The translations under genes and the position numbers were made by a program. A stretch of 64,000 bases of DNA from Vicugna vicugna (Eukaryota): NCBI GenBank assembly GCA_013265495.1, contig MU058337.1, positions 2,696,686 to 2,760,685 of the forward strand, given 5' to 3'. Under the pieces are notes generated by a model. That model was not told the origin of the DNA, made no database searches, and saw only the letters and a list, made by a program, of their open reading frames with translations. Shown piece by piece: positions 1 through 13,089 of this stretch; within the stretch, counting starts at the first letter, position 1, and every line of letters begins with the position of its first letter.

Positions 1-1074
1 TTGCTCCCAGGTGAGTTCTAGTGCCTTGGACAAAACTGTGTCTGTAATTGTCTTTTTTATAACGACAATCCTTCTTTGTTTCTATTGGAAAACACCTGGC
101 AAGTGGCTAACCCCTCCCTAGCCTTGCCACGTTTCTGTTTCACACTTACGTTTCCTAGTCCAAATCCCAAACCTGCCTGCTGCATTTGCTGGAAACACTG
201 ACACAGTGCACCATCATCGTAGTCCCCAAACCCTCACCGTTTTCTCCTGCTAATTGGAAGCAACACCATATACTTCCAGTTACTTTTTTTCAGCCAACTT
301 TAATACAATAACAACAAATTCATACTAATAAGAGCATATATTCCTAGCAATAAGATATACTAACAATACAAATAAAATAAAAAATTAACACGTAGACACC
401 ATGTATTTCCAGTTTTGGGGTCTACCTACTTAATCTATTCTAGCTGACTCTTGAGTGGCCTTGCGACCCTAATTAGTTTCAGAATGAAAACAGTCATACT
501 TGTTCATAGTTTATGTTGAACTGCTATTATTTTTGAAATTTTTAATTTCACCACTAATTTTTACTCAACTGTAGCTCAACTGAAACTCTCATTAATGTCT
601 TTATTAAGGTATTTGAATTAGTATGACATTTTCTACATTAACTTTTTCCATTTTTCCTTCTTTCTGGTTTCTTCTGAATTGACACTGTGTTGACATAAGA
701 AGCCAAGTCGGTTTCTAAAAGGTTGTAGATCAAATCTTATTTGTATTACATATAAGAGAAGCAAGTCTAAATATTGGGTGATTCGCCCAAGATTATTGAA
801 CAAGTTAAGAACAAACTGGATAGAGCTCAAGCTTACAATTTCCTAGACCAAACATGCACACTCTTCTACTTTATGTCATCTTTCCTATCTACTTAGTTAA
901 ATAATGCATGTGTTGGTAAGATAATAATCTAGAGATGTAAACAAAATTTGACTTTAAAATTAACTAGTATTATATAAACTTTTTTATAGTCAGACATATG
1001 AACATGGATTTAAAGAAAACTTATTACTGAACTATCAGAAATCTGAAAAACATGCACCCTTCAACTATTATTGT

Positions 1075-4000
1075 TGTTTTAAGACTTTACGTTTTTAGAG
1101 TGGTTTTAGACTCAGAGCAAAATTGAGGGGAAGGTACAGAGATTTCCATACACCCCTGCCCCTACAATGCACAGCCTCCCCCATTTCCAGTGTTCCCTTA
1201 TTGAGCAGAACCTTTGTTACATGATTGCCATCATTTACATTAGGATTTTTCCACTGCCCTGAAAATCCTTTGTGCTGTGTCTACTCAGCCCATGGAAAGC
1301 ACTGGTGTTTTTACCGTCTCCATCCTTTTCCTTTCCCAGAATGCCACATGATTGGAATCACAATATATAGCCTCTTCTCGTTTTGCTTAGTAACATGTAT
1401 TTAAGGTTCTTCCTTGTCTTTTCATGGCTAGACACTCATTCCTTTTTAGTGTTGAATAATATTCCATTGTCTGGATGTAGCAAAGTTGATTTATTCATTC
1501 ACCTATTGAAGGACATCGTGGTTGCTTCTAAGTTTTGACAGTTATGAGTAGAGCTGCTGTACACCTCCGTGGACAGGTTTGGTGTGGACATATGTTTTCA
1601 ACTGTTGGGTAAATACAACAGAGCACGATTGTTGGATCATACGGTAAGAGTGTGTTTATTTTTGTGAGACACTGCCCAACTGTCTTCTAAAATGGCTTTA
1701 ACATTTTTAAATTCTCACTAGCAATAAATGAGAGCTCCAGTTGTTCCACATTCTCACCATCATTTGGTGGTGTCAGTGTTCCAGATGGGACATTTATACA
1801 ACCTCTTTGTTGTTTTAATTTGCATTTCCCTGATGACATGTGATCTGGACTATGTATTTATGTGCTTATTTACTATCTGTATGTCTTCTGTGGTGACATG
1901 TCTGATTTGGGTTTGGCCCATTTTTTTATCTCATATTTTTATTGTTGAATTTTAAAGGACCTTTGTATATTTTAAGAGACAGTTCTTTGTCATATGTGTT
2001 TCTTTGCAAATTATTTTCCATCTGGAAAATATTTCCAAATAATTTTTAATTTAGTGAAGCCCAGCTTTTCAATTATTCCTTTCATGGATCATACCTTTGG
2101 TGTTGTATTTAAAAAGTTGTCACCATACCCAAATTCTTCTCGGTTTCCTCCTATGTTATCTTCTAGTAGTTTTACAATTTTGCATTTTACATTTAGGTCT
2201 GTGATCAATTTTGAATTAATTTTTGTGAAGGGTGTAAAGTCTGTGTCTACTTTATTTTTTCTTTTGCATATAAATCTACAGTTGTTCCAGCACTATTTGT
2301 TGAAAAGGCTGTCTTTTCTCCATTGTATTATGTTTGTTATTTTGTCAAAGATTCATTGACTATTTTATGGCAGTTAATTTCTGAGTTCTCTATTCTGTTC
2401 CATTGATTTATCTGTACATTCTTTTGCCAGTACCACATCCTTGGTTACTGTGGCTTTATAGTAAGTCTAGAAGTAAGGTAGTGTCAGTCCTCCAATTTTG
2501 TTCTTATTTTTCAATATGGTGTTGGCTATTCTGAGTCTTTTTCTTCTCCATATAAACTTTAGAGTTATTTTGTCAATATCTACAAAATAACTTGCTGGAA
2601 CTTTGGGACATTAAATTATATATTGGGGCATTAAATCTATAGATCCAGTTGGGAAGAAAGGGACATCTTGACATTATTGAGTTTTCTTATCCATGAATAT
2701 GGAATATCTCACCATTTATGGTGTTTTTTGATTTCATTCCTCAGAGTTTTATAGTTTTCCTCAGACTGATCTTGTCCATATATTTTCAGATTTATACCTA
2801 AGTTTTTGTGAGGAGTGCTAATGTAAATGGTATTGTGTTTTTAATTTTGAATTCCACATATTCATTGTTGATGTATAGGAAAGTGATTGATTTTTTATAT
2901 TAATCTTGTATCCTGGCAAACTGTCTATAATCATCGATTAGTTCCAGGAGTTTTTAGATGGATTCTTTCAGATTTTCTACATAGACATCATGTCTTCTGT
3001 GAATAAAGACAGTTTCATTTCTTCTATCGCAGTCTGTATACTTTTCATTTCTTTTTCCATGCCATATTGCATTAGCTATAACTTCTAGTACAAGGTTGAA
3101 AAGGAATGAAAGGGAACATCCTTTCCAGTGCCTGATCTCAGAAGGAATGTTTTGAATTTCTCATGAGAAAGTGTAACGTAAACTGTAAATTATTTTGTAG
3201 ATATTCTTTATCAAGTTGGGGATTTTAACATGAGTATTGGATTTTTTTCAAATGTTTTTTTCCTGCATCTATTACTATGATCATGTGATTTTCTGTGTTA
3301 GGCTAATGCTGGCTGTATAGATTAACTGAGGAAGTATACCTTCTGCTTCCACCTTCTGAAAGAGATAATAAAGAATTGGTATAATTTCTTTCTTAAATTT
3401 TTGGTAGAATTCACCAATGAACCCATTTCATCTTGGCACTTCCTGTTTTAGAAGGTTATTAATTATTAATTCAATTTATTTAATAAATAAGGGTTTATTT
3501 GGATTGTCTATTTCTTCTTAGTTCTGGTAAATGGGGTCTTTCAATAAACTGTTCCATTCATGTACATTATTAAATTTGTGCACATAAGAGTTTTCTATAA
3601 TATTCCTTTATTATCCTTTTAATCTCCATAAATTCTGTAGTGATCTCCTCTCTTTCACTTCTGATATTAATAATTTGTGTACTTTTTCTTTTGTTCTTAG
3701 TGAGCCTGGATAGAAGCTTATTGATTTTATTGTGTTTTCAATGAACCAGCTTTTGATTTCATTGATTTTATCTATTTCCTGTTTTTAATTTCATTGATTT
3801 CTGTTCTATTTGTTATTATTTCTTCTCTTCTGCCTACTTTGGATTTAATTTGCTTTTCTTTCCCTAGTTTCCTAATGTGGGAACTTAAATTATGAATTTT
3901 AGACATTTCTTCTCTAATATATACATTAAGTACTATAAATTTTCCTCTAAATATGCTTTTCGTTGCATCTCACAAATTTTGATAAGTTGTATTTTTATTT

Positions 4001-4825
4001 TAATTTAGCTCAAAATATCGTGGAATTTATCTTATTATTTCTTCTTTGACTCATGCATTGATAGAAGTGTATTGTTTAATCTCCATATATTTTGAGATTT
4101 TCTAATTATCCTCCTGTTTTTGTTTCTAGCTTAATTTCATTGTGGTCTGAAAGAAAACATTATGTGATTTCTATTCTTTTAAATTTGAGAAAGTGTGTTT
4201 TATGGCCTAGAATGGGGCCCAACTTGGTGAATATTCCACATGAACAGGGAAGAGTGTGCTTTCTGCTGTTACCAGGTAGGTGTAGGTGTCAACTATACCC
4301 AATTGATTGACGGTGTTGTTAATATCAACTCTGTTCTTACTGATTTTCTGCCTGCTGGATCTGTCCATTTTTGATAGAGGGATGCTGGAGTCTCCAATTA
4401 TTATAGTGGATTCATCTATTTTTCTTTACAACTCTGTCAGTTTTTGTATCACATAGTTTGATGCACTGTTGTTAGGCACACACATGCTAAGGATTATGTC
4501 TTCTTGAAGAATTGATCTCTTTATCATCAGGTAATGATACCTGATATGTATTGTTACTCTCCTTTGTAGCTGATAACTTTCCTTGCTTTGAAGTCTACAC
4601 TGTCTAAAATTAATACAGCTAATCTTATTTTCTTCTAATTAAGGTTAACGTAGTATATCTTTCTCCATGCATTTATATTTAATCCATATGTGCCATTAAG
4701 TTTAAAGTGTGTCTCTTATAGACAATATGTAGTTTGGTCTTGTTTATTGAACCACTCTGACAACCTCTGCCTTTTAATAGGTGCATTTACATGACCATTT
4801 TTCAAAATGATTATTGATGTCAGCT
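1075..4825 (-). mobile_element. Ancient L1 (L1MC1/2-like), 5'-truncated: 3' UTR plus decayed ORF2
   Basis: Begins with the antisense L1MC 3'-end signature (agactttacgtttttagagtggttttagactcagagcaaaattgag...) and continues as T-rich antisense ORF2 (ccagcactatttgttgaaaagg; ggtagaattcaccaatgaaccca; gagtctccaattattatagtgga). Many stops and internal deletions. Confidence 0.9.
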
Positions 4826-6439
4826 ATTACTACTCTAAGACACAAATTAATCAAAGATACAACAATTTGGTCTCTTTTTTATGTATTCCTAAAATAACTA
4901 CTCAAGCTTTATTTGTCCATTATCACTTACCTTAGATAATCTACAGTTGGATAAGAATATAATGACTTTCTCATTATAGGTCTTTTTAAAACAGAAGACT
5001 GACATAAAAAGGAAACTGTCTATAAAGCATTTGCCTTATCAGTGTAGTCACCCAATTTTATGTATTTGTCATAACAATGACTAATTTTATGAAAAATAGT
5101 ATTTAGTAACTGAAGGTTAAGTAAAACTGGATACACTCAATCCAGTGAAAAATGGTCAAACTGGGTGGTTGTAAATATATAAAAGTAAATGTAGAATCTG
5201 CTAAGTGATATTCATAAAGAACAAAAGATTCAGGGTGTAAGAAGCATTATTATTTATTCTTTGGCCACATGTGTTAATTGAAATCCTGCATAAATGCAGT
5301 TCTTTTTGCCATTGCACATAAATCTTAGGTAAACACATAGTTGCAACTCAATGTATGACCTCATTTATTCTTCACAATTAGGAGGTTTTCCATATTCTAT
5401 TTCTGGGAAAATTAGTAAATGCATTATTTACTTTCATATTAAATATTATATATTAAAACATCTTTTCATTATGCAAAAAATGCTGTTTATTTATTATTTT
5501 TAATTGGCAAAAAGAGTTCTGCAACAGATATTAATAATGCTAAATGCATTATTCTCTTTGCCATTACTCTGCTCTGTAAATATGGGTAGATCAAGTAATA
5601 TTAGTACCTTTATTTCTAAACTATAAAGAGAGGGTTTCACACTAATTAGAGATGACATACACATTTGAAAATACTTCAGAAGTAAAAATAATTCTTATAT
5701 ACAACAGGCATTATTTTGAATCAATTAAAATAATACCTCAATACTACCACACAGCAAGGAAGTGAATTAATTTACAAGTAGAGGGAAATAAATTATTATT
5801 GTTCTGGAAATCTCTGGATCACACCGTAAGTCTCTAAGGAGTATTAATTTCTGAATTATCATTCTTTCAAGTTGTAAGCGGAAGTGCTAAAATTTGTCTA
5901 TGAACCAACAATATCACCTGAGATGTTAACATGCTTCTTGGAATTGCATAGGTTAATTCTTACAATCACAGGCGAAGGAGTCAATACACAAATGGAGCAC
6001 AGACTCAGTCACTCTCTTCATTTGACTCCGTGGTTGTTGTCTGAAGGTGACAGCATTCTGGTCCACTGTATTACAGACTCTCTGAAGGGCCCTTCAGGTT
6101 CCTTCATGTATCTCCAGAAGGGCTAGTACTCCACTGGTACACAAAGAAAGATGTTAACTGATTGATCGAAAAAATATTTAATTTGGGGAGAAATATTCAC
6201 TAAGCTCTGTCTACAACAAGTTGGTTTCCATTTATTGTCAACGTATTTTTCTTTCTCAGTAGTTTTTTCATGCAGGGTGCAAGTTAAACTATAAAAGGAC
6301 ATTAAAAAGTTTAAGTAAATGTGTTCTCTGAAGAATAATGCAATTTCTTTAGCTTGGTTTGTGATAAAAGAGAAAGCTGGTTAAAATAGTAGTTTTTAGA
6401 AAGAACAATTGCCATATTATAATTATGCTGGTTTCTCTG

Positions 6440-6960
6440 TTAGAGTTGCCACGGTTACAGGTAAGGAAGACTTAGCTACTTTTTCAAGATGTCCTATAAA
6501 TTCAGCAGCATACGTGCACTCACTAAGCGTTTCCCGTGCCGTGGGACCCACGGTGTATCTGTTTGTCTGTTTCCTTTCTGCTCCTTTACATCCCCTGGCT
6601 ACTGTTTCTAAAACAGAAGGCGGGATTCATTGCCAACGCGTGTTGCACAATTGCTGTATGCTCCGTATTTCACTTCCTCTAATTCTTCCTGTTAGTTTCT
6701 CAATAGGTAGGGGAGACAGTCGTGCAGCTGAAGAAACCCTGGAACGGTCAAGAAGGCTAACAGAATAGTAGCCACATAAGAGCATCCTCCTGCTTTCAAC
6801 GCTTAAATGCCCTTGTTTATGGTGCTTTGACTCCCTCATATTGGATTGCCTCTGCCCACCTTGATCTTCTCCCTGTGGCTCGCTTCAATCTGTTTTCCTC
6901 TCCCCTTGGCTGCCGGCCAGCTACGAAACAGCAACTGGGCTATTTATAACGGATGGGCCT
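6440..6960. promoter_or_regulatory. Candidate enhancer (RFX, HRE, C/EBP, MEF2 motifs)
   Basis: GTTGCCACGGTTAC 6445-6458, TACGTG 6511-6516, TTGCACAAT 6643-6651, CTATTTATAA 6940-6949; locally raised CpG; no repeat recognised. Confidence 0.3.
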
Positions 6961-7544
6961 CAAAGGTGAATTCCTCCTCCAGGATAAATACTCTTTGTCT
7001 TGCTGTCACTAAGGCCACCATCCCAAAGGGCCCAGGGCTATATGAGTACACTTGGCTTCTCATGGACTAAGGGTCAGTTGTGGTCAGATCCTAAACCACA
7101 GTAAATCATTATGTTGTCCTGAAGCAGTTAGATCTTTGCCAAATTTCTTGATATGGAATAGTGTATATTAAGTGTATTCACTCTAGAATGTGATGCTTGT
7201 TCAGCATTTGGGGGGAATAACATAGAAATACTTCCACCTTGAACAACTTTTGATCTGAAAGGAGAAAAAATACTCAACATTATAAAATTCTCATTAGTCT
7301 GGGCAAGCATGTGCCAGAAGTGTACACTATCATTTTGTTCCAAAAAGTTATGAGTGAAAAGCCTGAATCCCATATTTTAAGAAAATAGCATCTCTCTGAG
7401 CCAGTTGAAGGAAGTTCTAAAACTGCGAGGGCAGTCCACTTGATCGGCACCTGCCCTGGGCTCCCATGGCCACCTGCATCCTACAGAACCTCTCACAACC
7501 TACTCTTAGCATTAGTTTTCTTCCTTACCTGACTGTTTCCTAAA

Positions 7545-7765
7545 TTCGTCTTGGCAGTCACATGTTTTTGTAAATATATTTTTTATTGAAACATAGCTAT
7601 ATTTATTTATTTTCTGATTGTGGATGTCTCCTTTCCTACTGCAAAAGTAGGGTTGAGTAGTGATCACAGTGTTAAATAATTGTCACAAAGACAGTATATA
7701 ACCCCAGTGCTTAAAATGCTTACTGTCTGGCCCTTTGCAGAAAAAAAAAAGTTTACCAACCTGAG
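7545..7765 (+). mobile_element. MER58A-like hAT-Charlie DNA transposon
   Basis: tgtttttgtaaatatattttttattgaaaca ... gggttgagtagt ... ttactgtctggccctttgcagaaaaa...gtttaccaacctg matches the recalled MER58A consensus. Confidence 0.8.
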
Positions 7766-7874
7766 TTCTAGAATACTTATCTGCTAAAAGTATTAATTAA
7801 TTTATGCTCTGATTTGTCCAGCGCAGGATAATTTATTTTGACCATTCATTTCTATGTTTATTAGCTCAGATAGG

Positions 7875-8030
7875 ATTCTCTGGAGTCAGATAACCCTCAG
7901 TTTAAACTGGATTTCCACTATCATACTAATCTTTGGTACAATTACCAAAACTCCAAGGTTTAGTGACTTGTAAAATGGAAATACTAACAGTTCCTGCTTC
8001 ATCCGTCCACTGCATCATTGAGAACTCATG
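7875..8030 (+). mobile_element. MIR SINE fragment
   Basis: ctctggagtcaga ... tgtaaaatggaaatactaacagttcctgcttca resembles the MIR core. Confidence 0.65.
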
Positions 8031-8091
8031 GGTGAAGCAGCAGGACTACAAAGCAGACTTTTATTGGAGAAACAGTGCTTCACTTACTCTT

Positions 8092-8253
8092 TTTTTTTAT
8101 AAAGCACTTTTATTGTTTTTTTTTTTTTTGAGGGGCAGCGGGGAGGAAGTAATCAGGTTTACTAATTTTTTTTTAATGGAGGTACTGGGGAATGAACCCA
8201 GGACCTTGTGCGTGCTAGGCATGTGCTCTACCACTGAGCTGTTCCCTACACCA
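8092..8253 (-). mobile_element. tRNA-Ala-derived camelid SINE (vic-1 type)
   Basis: Poly-T, then aatggaggtactggggaatgaacccaggaccttgtgcgtgctaggcatgtgctctaccactgagct (reverse-complement tRNA A/B boxes). Degenerate TSD cttcacttactctt (8078-8091) / cttcagttcctctt (8254-8267), 12/14 match. Confidence 0.88.
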
Positions 8254-8349
8254 CTTCAGTTCCTCTTAATCCCGTCCCTTCACTGTCAACCAGGAATCTT
8301 CTTCTTGCTTTTTCTTCTGTTCTCAACATATGTAAATGCCTCTACGCAT

Positions 8350-8430
8350 GTTGAGAACATACAGTGCGCCTGGCAAGAGTGGTTATTCGACAAGCACTTG
8401 TGGAAGGGAGTGAATGATTGATGAATGACT
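8350..8430 (+). mobile_element. L2 3' end fragment
   Basis: acagtgcgcctggca...caagcacttgtggaagggagtgaatgattgatgaatga, an L2-type (TGAA)n tail. Confidence 0.6.
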
Positions 8431-9954
8431 GCCTCTCTCTACTCTCCCTGTGATGTTATGATGCTACATGCCTTTGGCTCAAATTGAGACATGAGGAGCA
8501 CGGACAGAGTGGGACTGAAAAGGCACAGTGCCTCACCTATAATAGACGGTCACTAATTCTTGAATGAATGCAATTAAATGCAAGGCAAATACTACATTGT
8601 TCCACCGTAACCTTGTCAAAGAGAGGCTGGGTTCTGAAGTCCACCAGGTTGGATACTACGAAGACCAACAGACCGTAGCCACGGCTGCTGCGTTAGACTC
8701 AGGATATGACAGAGAACAAAGGATAGGAGAGTTACATAGCTCATGGAATTGGCACAGAAGGTAATTTCACTCAAGCGTGAAGAACGTTTGTAATGCGACA
8801 GATCTAAGTAATGTTTCAAAAGCTAGTCGATATTAATCCACTTTCAAATGCTGTAACCATTTCTCCATATTTGAGCTCCATCAATAAAATGTATGATTTC
8901 TAACAGTTAAAATTAGTTTTTGGGTTTTGAGGCTGGTAACTTCTATCCTGGTATTGATTTTAAATCCTTTTGCTTGGGGAAAAAGACTCTGGCCTTCAAG
9001 GAGAAGACAGATCGGTAAGACAGTGTATGATACTGAGACAGTGTCTAGGGGTTAGTAAGAGCTAAGTATATGTACTTATATATATATATGTGCTGAAGCA
9101 AAGTCATTGTATCCATTCCTGTGACAATCACTGCACATATGAATGATATTATTATTATTTAGGTTTTATTGAACAGGGACTAGAACTGAATAAATGATGC
9201 TGAAGATGACTTATCAAATCATGGGAACCTAAGGTCACAAGGAAACACAGTGCTGGAAGGGAGTACTTGCCCTGTGGTTTTCATTGACTGCAATATACCT
9301 ACAACACGGTGAGAACTGAATGCTGCACCATTTGGCATATCTAGTACCCGCAGCAACAAAAGAACTGGGAGCATGCTGGTCATAAGACAACTCTGGTCTC
9401 CCAGAAATAACTGGGAGTGATTAGGGGAGAGAAAGAAATCTAAACATGTGGGTGCAGGGTTTATTAGGCAATGAAAAACCTAGGTTGATGCTAATATACT
9501 AAAATCTCTGCACTTAGTCTGGTGAGAACTGGGGACATTTTGACCACATGCAGAAAGGAAAGAATAAACAGAAATGAATATTGTCCTATTGTAGTTAGTA
9601 ACAAAAGAATTTAGGTTGGGTGTATGCTCACATTCAGTCTTAGAAGTGTTAAAAAAAAATAGAACAGCAACTCATTAAAAGAAATTTGAAATAATAAGAA
9701 ATAATATATTCTATTATTTATATTGCTTTAATGAAATATTAAATTATCACTTTCATAATTCAGAATACACTCATCAATTTTAAATAATCACTATAATGAC
9801 AATTACTATATCACTATAATCATTATTATGACTAACTCATCATTAGCATAAAATACATACGAAAATGAAAGGAAAACACCTAGGGATGAACAAAGTTCAG
9901 TAATTAGTCAATTAATTAGCTATTTTTAATTGTTAACATTTCTAAGAAACATGG

Positions 9955-10096
9955 GATCTTATGGTCGCTCACAGAGAAAAAAATGTGACAATGAATCTAT
10001 ATATGTTCATGTATAACTGAAAAATTGTGCTCTACACTGGAATTTGACACAACATTGTAAAATGATTATAAATCAATAAAAAATTAAAAAAAAAAA
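9955..10096 (+). mobile_element. Short lineage-specific (artiodactyl/camelid) L1 3' tail with poly(A)
   Basis: ...gttcatgtataactgaaaaattgtgctctacactggaatttgacacaacattgtaaaatgattataaatcaataaaaaatt(a)n; closely similar to the copy at 59557-59724. Confidence 0.85.
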
Positions 10097-13089
10097 GAAA
10101 TCACAGATTGTGGAAGCTAAAATCAAAAATTACTTTTTCAAGATGAAAATGGTTCTTAAACCAAACCCATTTTTCTAAATACTTTCTCATAATATCACTT
10201 TAAATGCCATTTTTTCAAGAAGTGATTTCCTTATTTGTAATTCGTATCCAGAGTGATTAGCTTTGGGGTGACCCAACCCTGAGAAAGATCTGCAAGGTAC
10301 TCGAAAACTGTAGATAATAAGAAAGGACAGAATTAAAAAATGACTTTTGAAATAGGCATTTTAAGTGCCGCTTATATTTTATGCATTTACTGTTAATCTA
10401 AGGAGATTCAGGAACACCAGTCCTTGCATTCTCCTCCATGTGTAGGTGAGTTATGGAAACTTTACAATTCTTTACAAAGGAGATAAGATCATGACCCTGT
10501 TGTTCTCACCAACTGGTAAACCAAAAATTTAAAATGTCTAATACCCATGTATCTTGGGGGTAAAAGTCACTCCACTAATCCTATAATAATGGTTTTAAGT
10601 TATTGATAAGTTTAGAAAAATATGTAGCTATGGCTCCCATGGTCCAGTCTTTTCTCCCTTGCCAAGTCATTTGTCCCCAACATGCTTCTGATCACTATGT
10701 CTGGTCAACTTCCTCTGCCCTTGTATGTTCACTTTGCCTTCTCCCTTACCAGGTCTTAACTACCTTTCCATAGACAATTCCAGTCTCACCTCTTCCATGA
10801 TCCTCCGATCCTTGTCCCCTTTCCCAGATGCAGCTGCAAATTTCATGGTAGGTGTTGGACCACCCAGTATTTTATAACAGATCCTTTTGTGTTGTGCTGT
10901 GTTCCTTGTTTGTTATCTTTGTCATCTCACCTAAATCAGAGGCTTCTTGGGAACAAAAATCATATCAATAAACATGTTTTGTTTACGGATTCCATGAACT
11001 ACGTGTTTTGCAACAAGGAATCCTTTTACGTCAATAATGCCAATTTTTAAAATATAAGAAGTCCCTACCTGAGAATTGGAGAGGATTCTTGATTAGCGGT
11101 GCTCTGATTACATCGATCAATGTTGTTTTGTTCTTATTTAATATTCAGATAACAAACATATTTTTGGCACACATTTTTAGACATACTGATTAAGTCAAAT
11201 TGAATATCAGCTCAATTTTACCTTTATGAAACTGAACATGAGCACTTGCATGTTCCTTGATGCAGTGGTAAGTTTCATGTAAGCAGGGGAACAAGGCATG
11301 AAAAGACGTTGCATGATGCAGAGAATTCAACAGTCATGGGGGGGTATTTTTTGTGCAGGTGAAGACAATCACACACTTCTTTCTTTTGATCAATTTCTGA
11401 GTTGCTCATGGTAGAATTAACACATTTAGTGTTTCAAGTTCCATGAAAAATTATAGGGCTTGAACATTCCTTCCAAGTAAATAATGATTTGTTTTTTAAT
11501 TTCACCCTCCAAACAAAACACAACATAGAATCACAGGATTATAAGTACTTCCTGGTTGTAATTTAGTTACATTGGCAAGTCCCACCATTCCAGTGACTGC
11601 TGTGCTGAGATGTTCCCAGGCACTTTTGGACACCACGGCAAGTTGAAAGGGTTAATAATTCTGGAAGCATTTCACTTGTAAACATGTTTTATTTCAAGAT
11701 GATGCAAATACATGGCTGGTAAATTTCTCTGAAATAATTTTCAATAGAAATGGAAACAAAATCATATTCAAACTGCCTCTTGATGAATTCTTCCATTTAA
11801 TTTCTATTAATATAAATCCTAATATTTTCACATAGTATGTAAGTGAGATTGAATAAGGCCTTTCATTATTTCTAAGATATTATTACATTTTTCTGTGACT
11901 CATATCTTCAGTGCTTATTCTGTGAAAAACATCATAATTTATATGAGCAATTATCATAAATGATCATATTGATGATGATTAATACATTTGAAATTCAAAA
12001 TTTTTCCTTTGCTATATGAGTTCCTAAATATTGCAGTGCAGTTCTCTGCAGACAAAACTTTGATGCACATCTGATCCATCCGTTATCCCCACCCACCCCA
12101 CTTGTAAATGTTTGTTACTCAGTTTACAAATTTCAACAGTTCTTCTGGGAGTTATTTTTTCATTATTTTGGTGTACAGGTAGAGGAAGTTGCTTTAGTCT
12201 TTATCTCGATATCTGGGAATTATGTTAAAAGATTATCTTGCATAGAGGAAAAGAGAGAAAGACAAATTAGAGATTTGGGAAGAGGGGGTAAAGAGACAAA
12301 TTAGAGAAAAGTAAGCAAGAAAGTCTCAAAGGTGATAGGAACAGAAAGGATAGAACAGATTCAGAAATAAAAGCAAGGGAAAATTGAAAGATTTTCACCA
12401 AATGTTTTCTGTGATTTGAAACTCACGTTTGCACCTAGAACTGAAATTTCCGACCATAGATTTGTCAAACGAAAGATGTGCATTTTTATAGGTTTACCTT
12501 ACATTAATTATTTCAGAGTAGTTATTACCCTGAACACATCAACATTACATTATTGGGTCAATGCCTGAGTAATATTTTAAACATCATCTTTCAACTTGGA
12601 TTGAATTACGAATTAGAAACTTACCCTCTTTCAAACACACACCACTGAGTCTTGTACTCAACATGGAAAATACAAAAAAAGCAAACCTAAAAATGGCCCA
12701 GTTTAATTCTGTGTTTTCCACAGATAGATGAGCTGTGCAGCAGATGTTGGGCTTCCTTCAAGTAAGATTCACTTTTTTGATGCGGTGCTACAAGCGTTCA
12801 ACACGTTTTCCTGCCTCAACTCAACAGCTCCTTTAATTTTCCATGGCAGCACTTTGGTTGATACCTGCTCTTTCTCAGACGGGTCGCTAAACAAACACCT
12901 GTGCCATTTTGCAAGACCGTCCTCCTCATCTACCCAGCCCTTCCCTGGAAGCCTAAAGTCTTTATCTACTTACAGATCTGCCAGTCACTGCCCTTGATCG
13001 TAAGTCACATACCTGAAGCTCCAATTGTATAGGAAGAGGGCAAGGGAAGGGGTGAGGAGGAAAACAGAGTGATGCATTTAAGCAGCAAA

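Noticed and set aside
1..20. CAG|GTGAGT consensus donor at position 11
   Set aside because: The upstream exon would lie outside the window, and the context also resembles a MER5 end, so it cannot be supported.
1728..4310. ORFs 1728-1955, 1994-2359, 4092-4310
   Set aside because: Antisense readings of a decayed L1 giving Phe/Leu-rich artefact peptides.
4930..4998. Minus-strand exon-like interval with good acceptor and AAG|GTAAGT donor
   Set aside because: Translations unrecognisable, composition like the flanks; such pairs arise by chance in 64 kb.
7933..8421. Longest ORF (162 aa)
   Set aside because: Runs through MIR, poly-T, a SINE and L2; non-ATG start.
8564..8764. 66-aa ORF ending near AAG|GTAATT
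   Set aside because: No recognisable homology and a weak acceptor.
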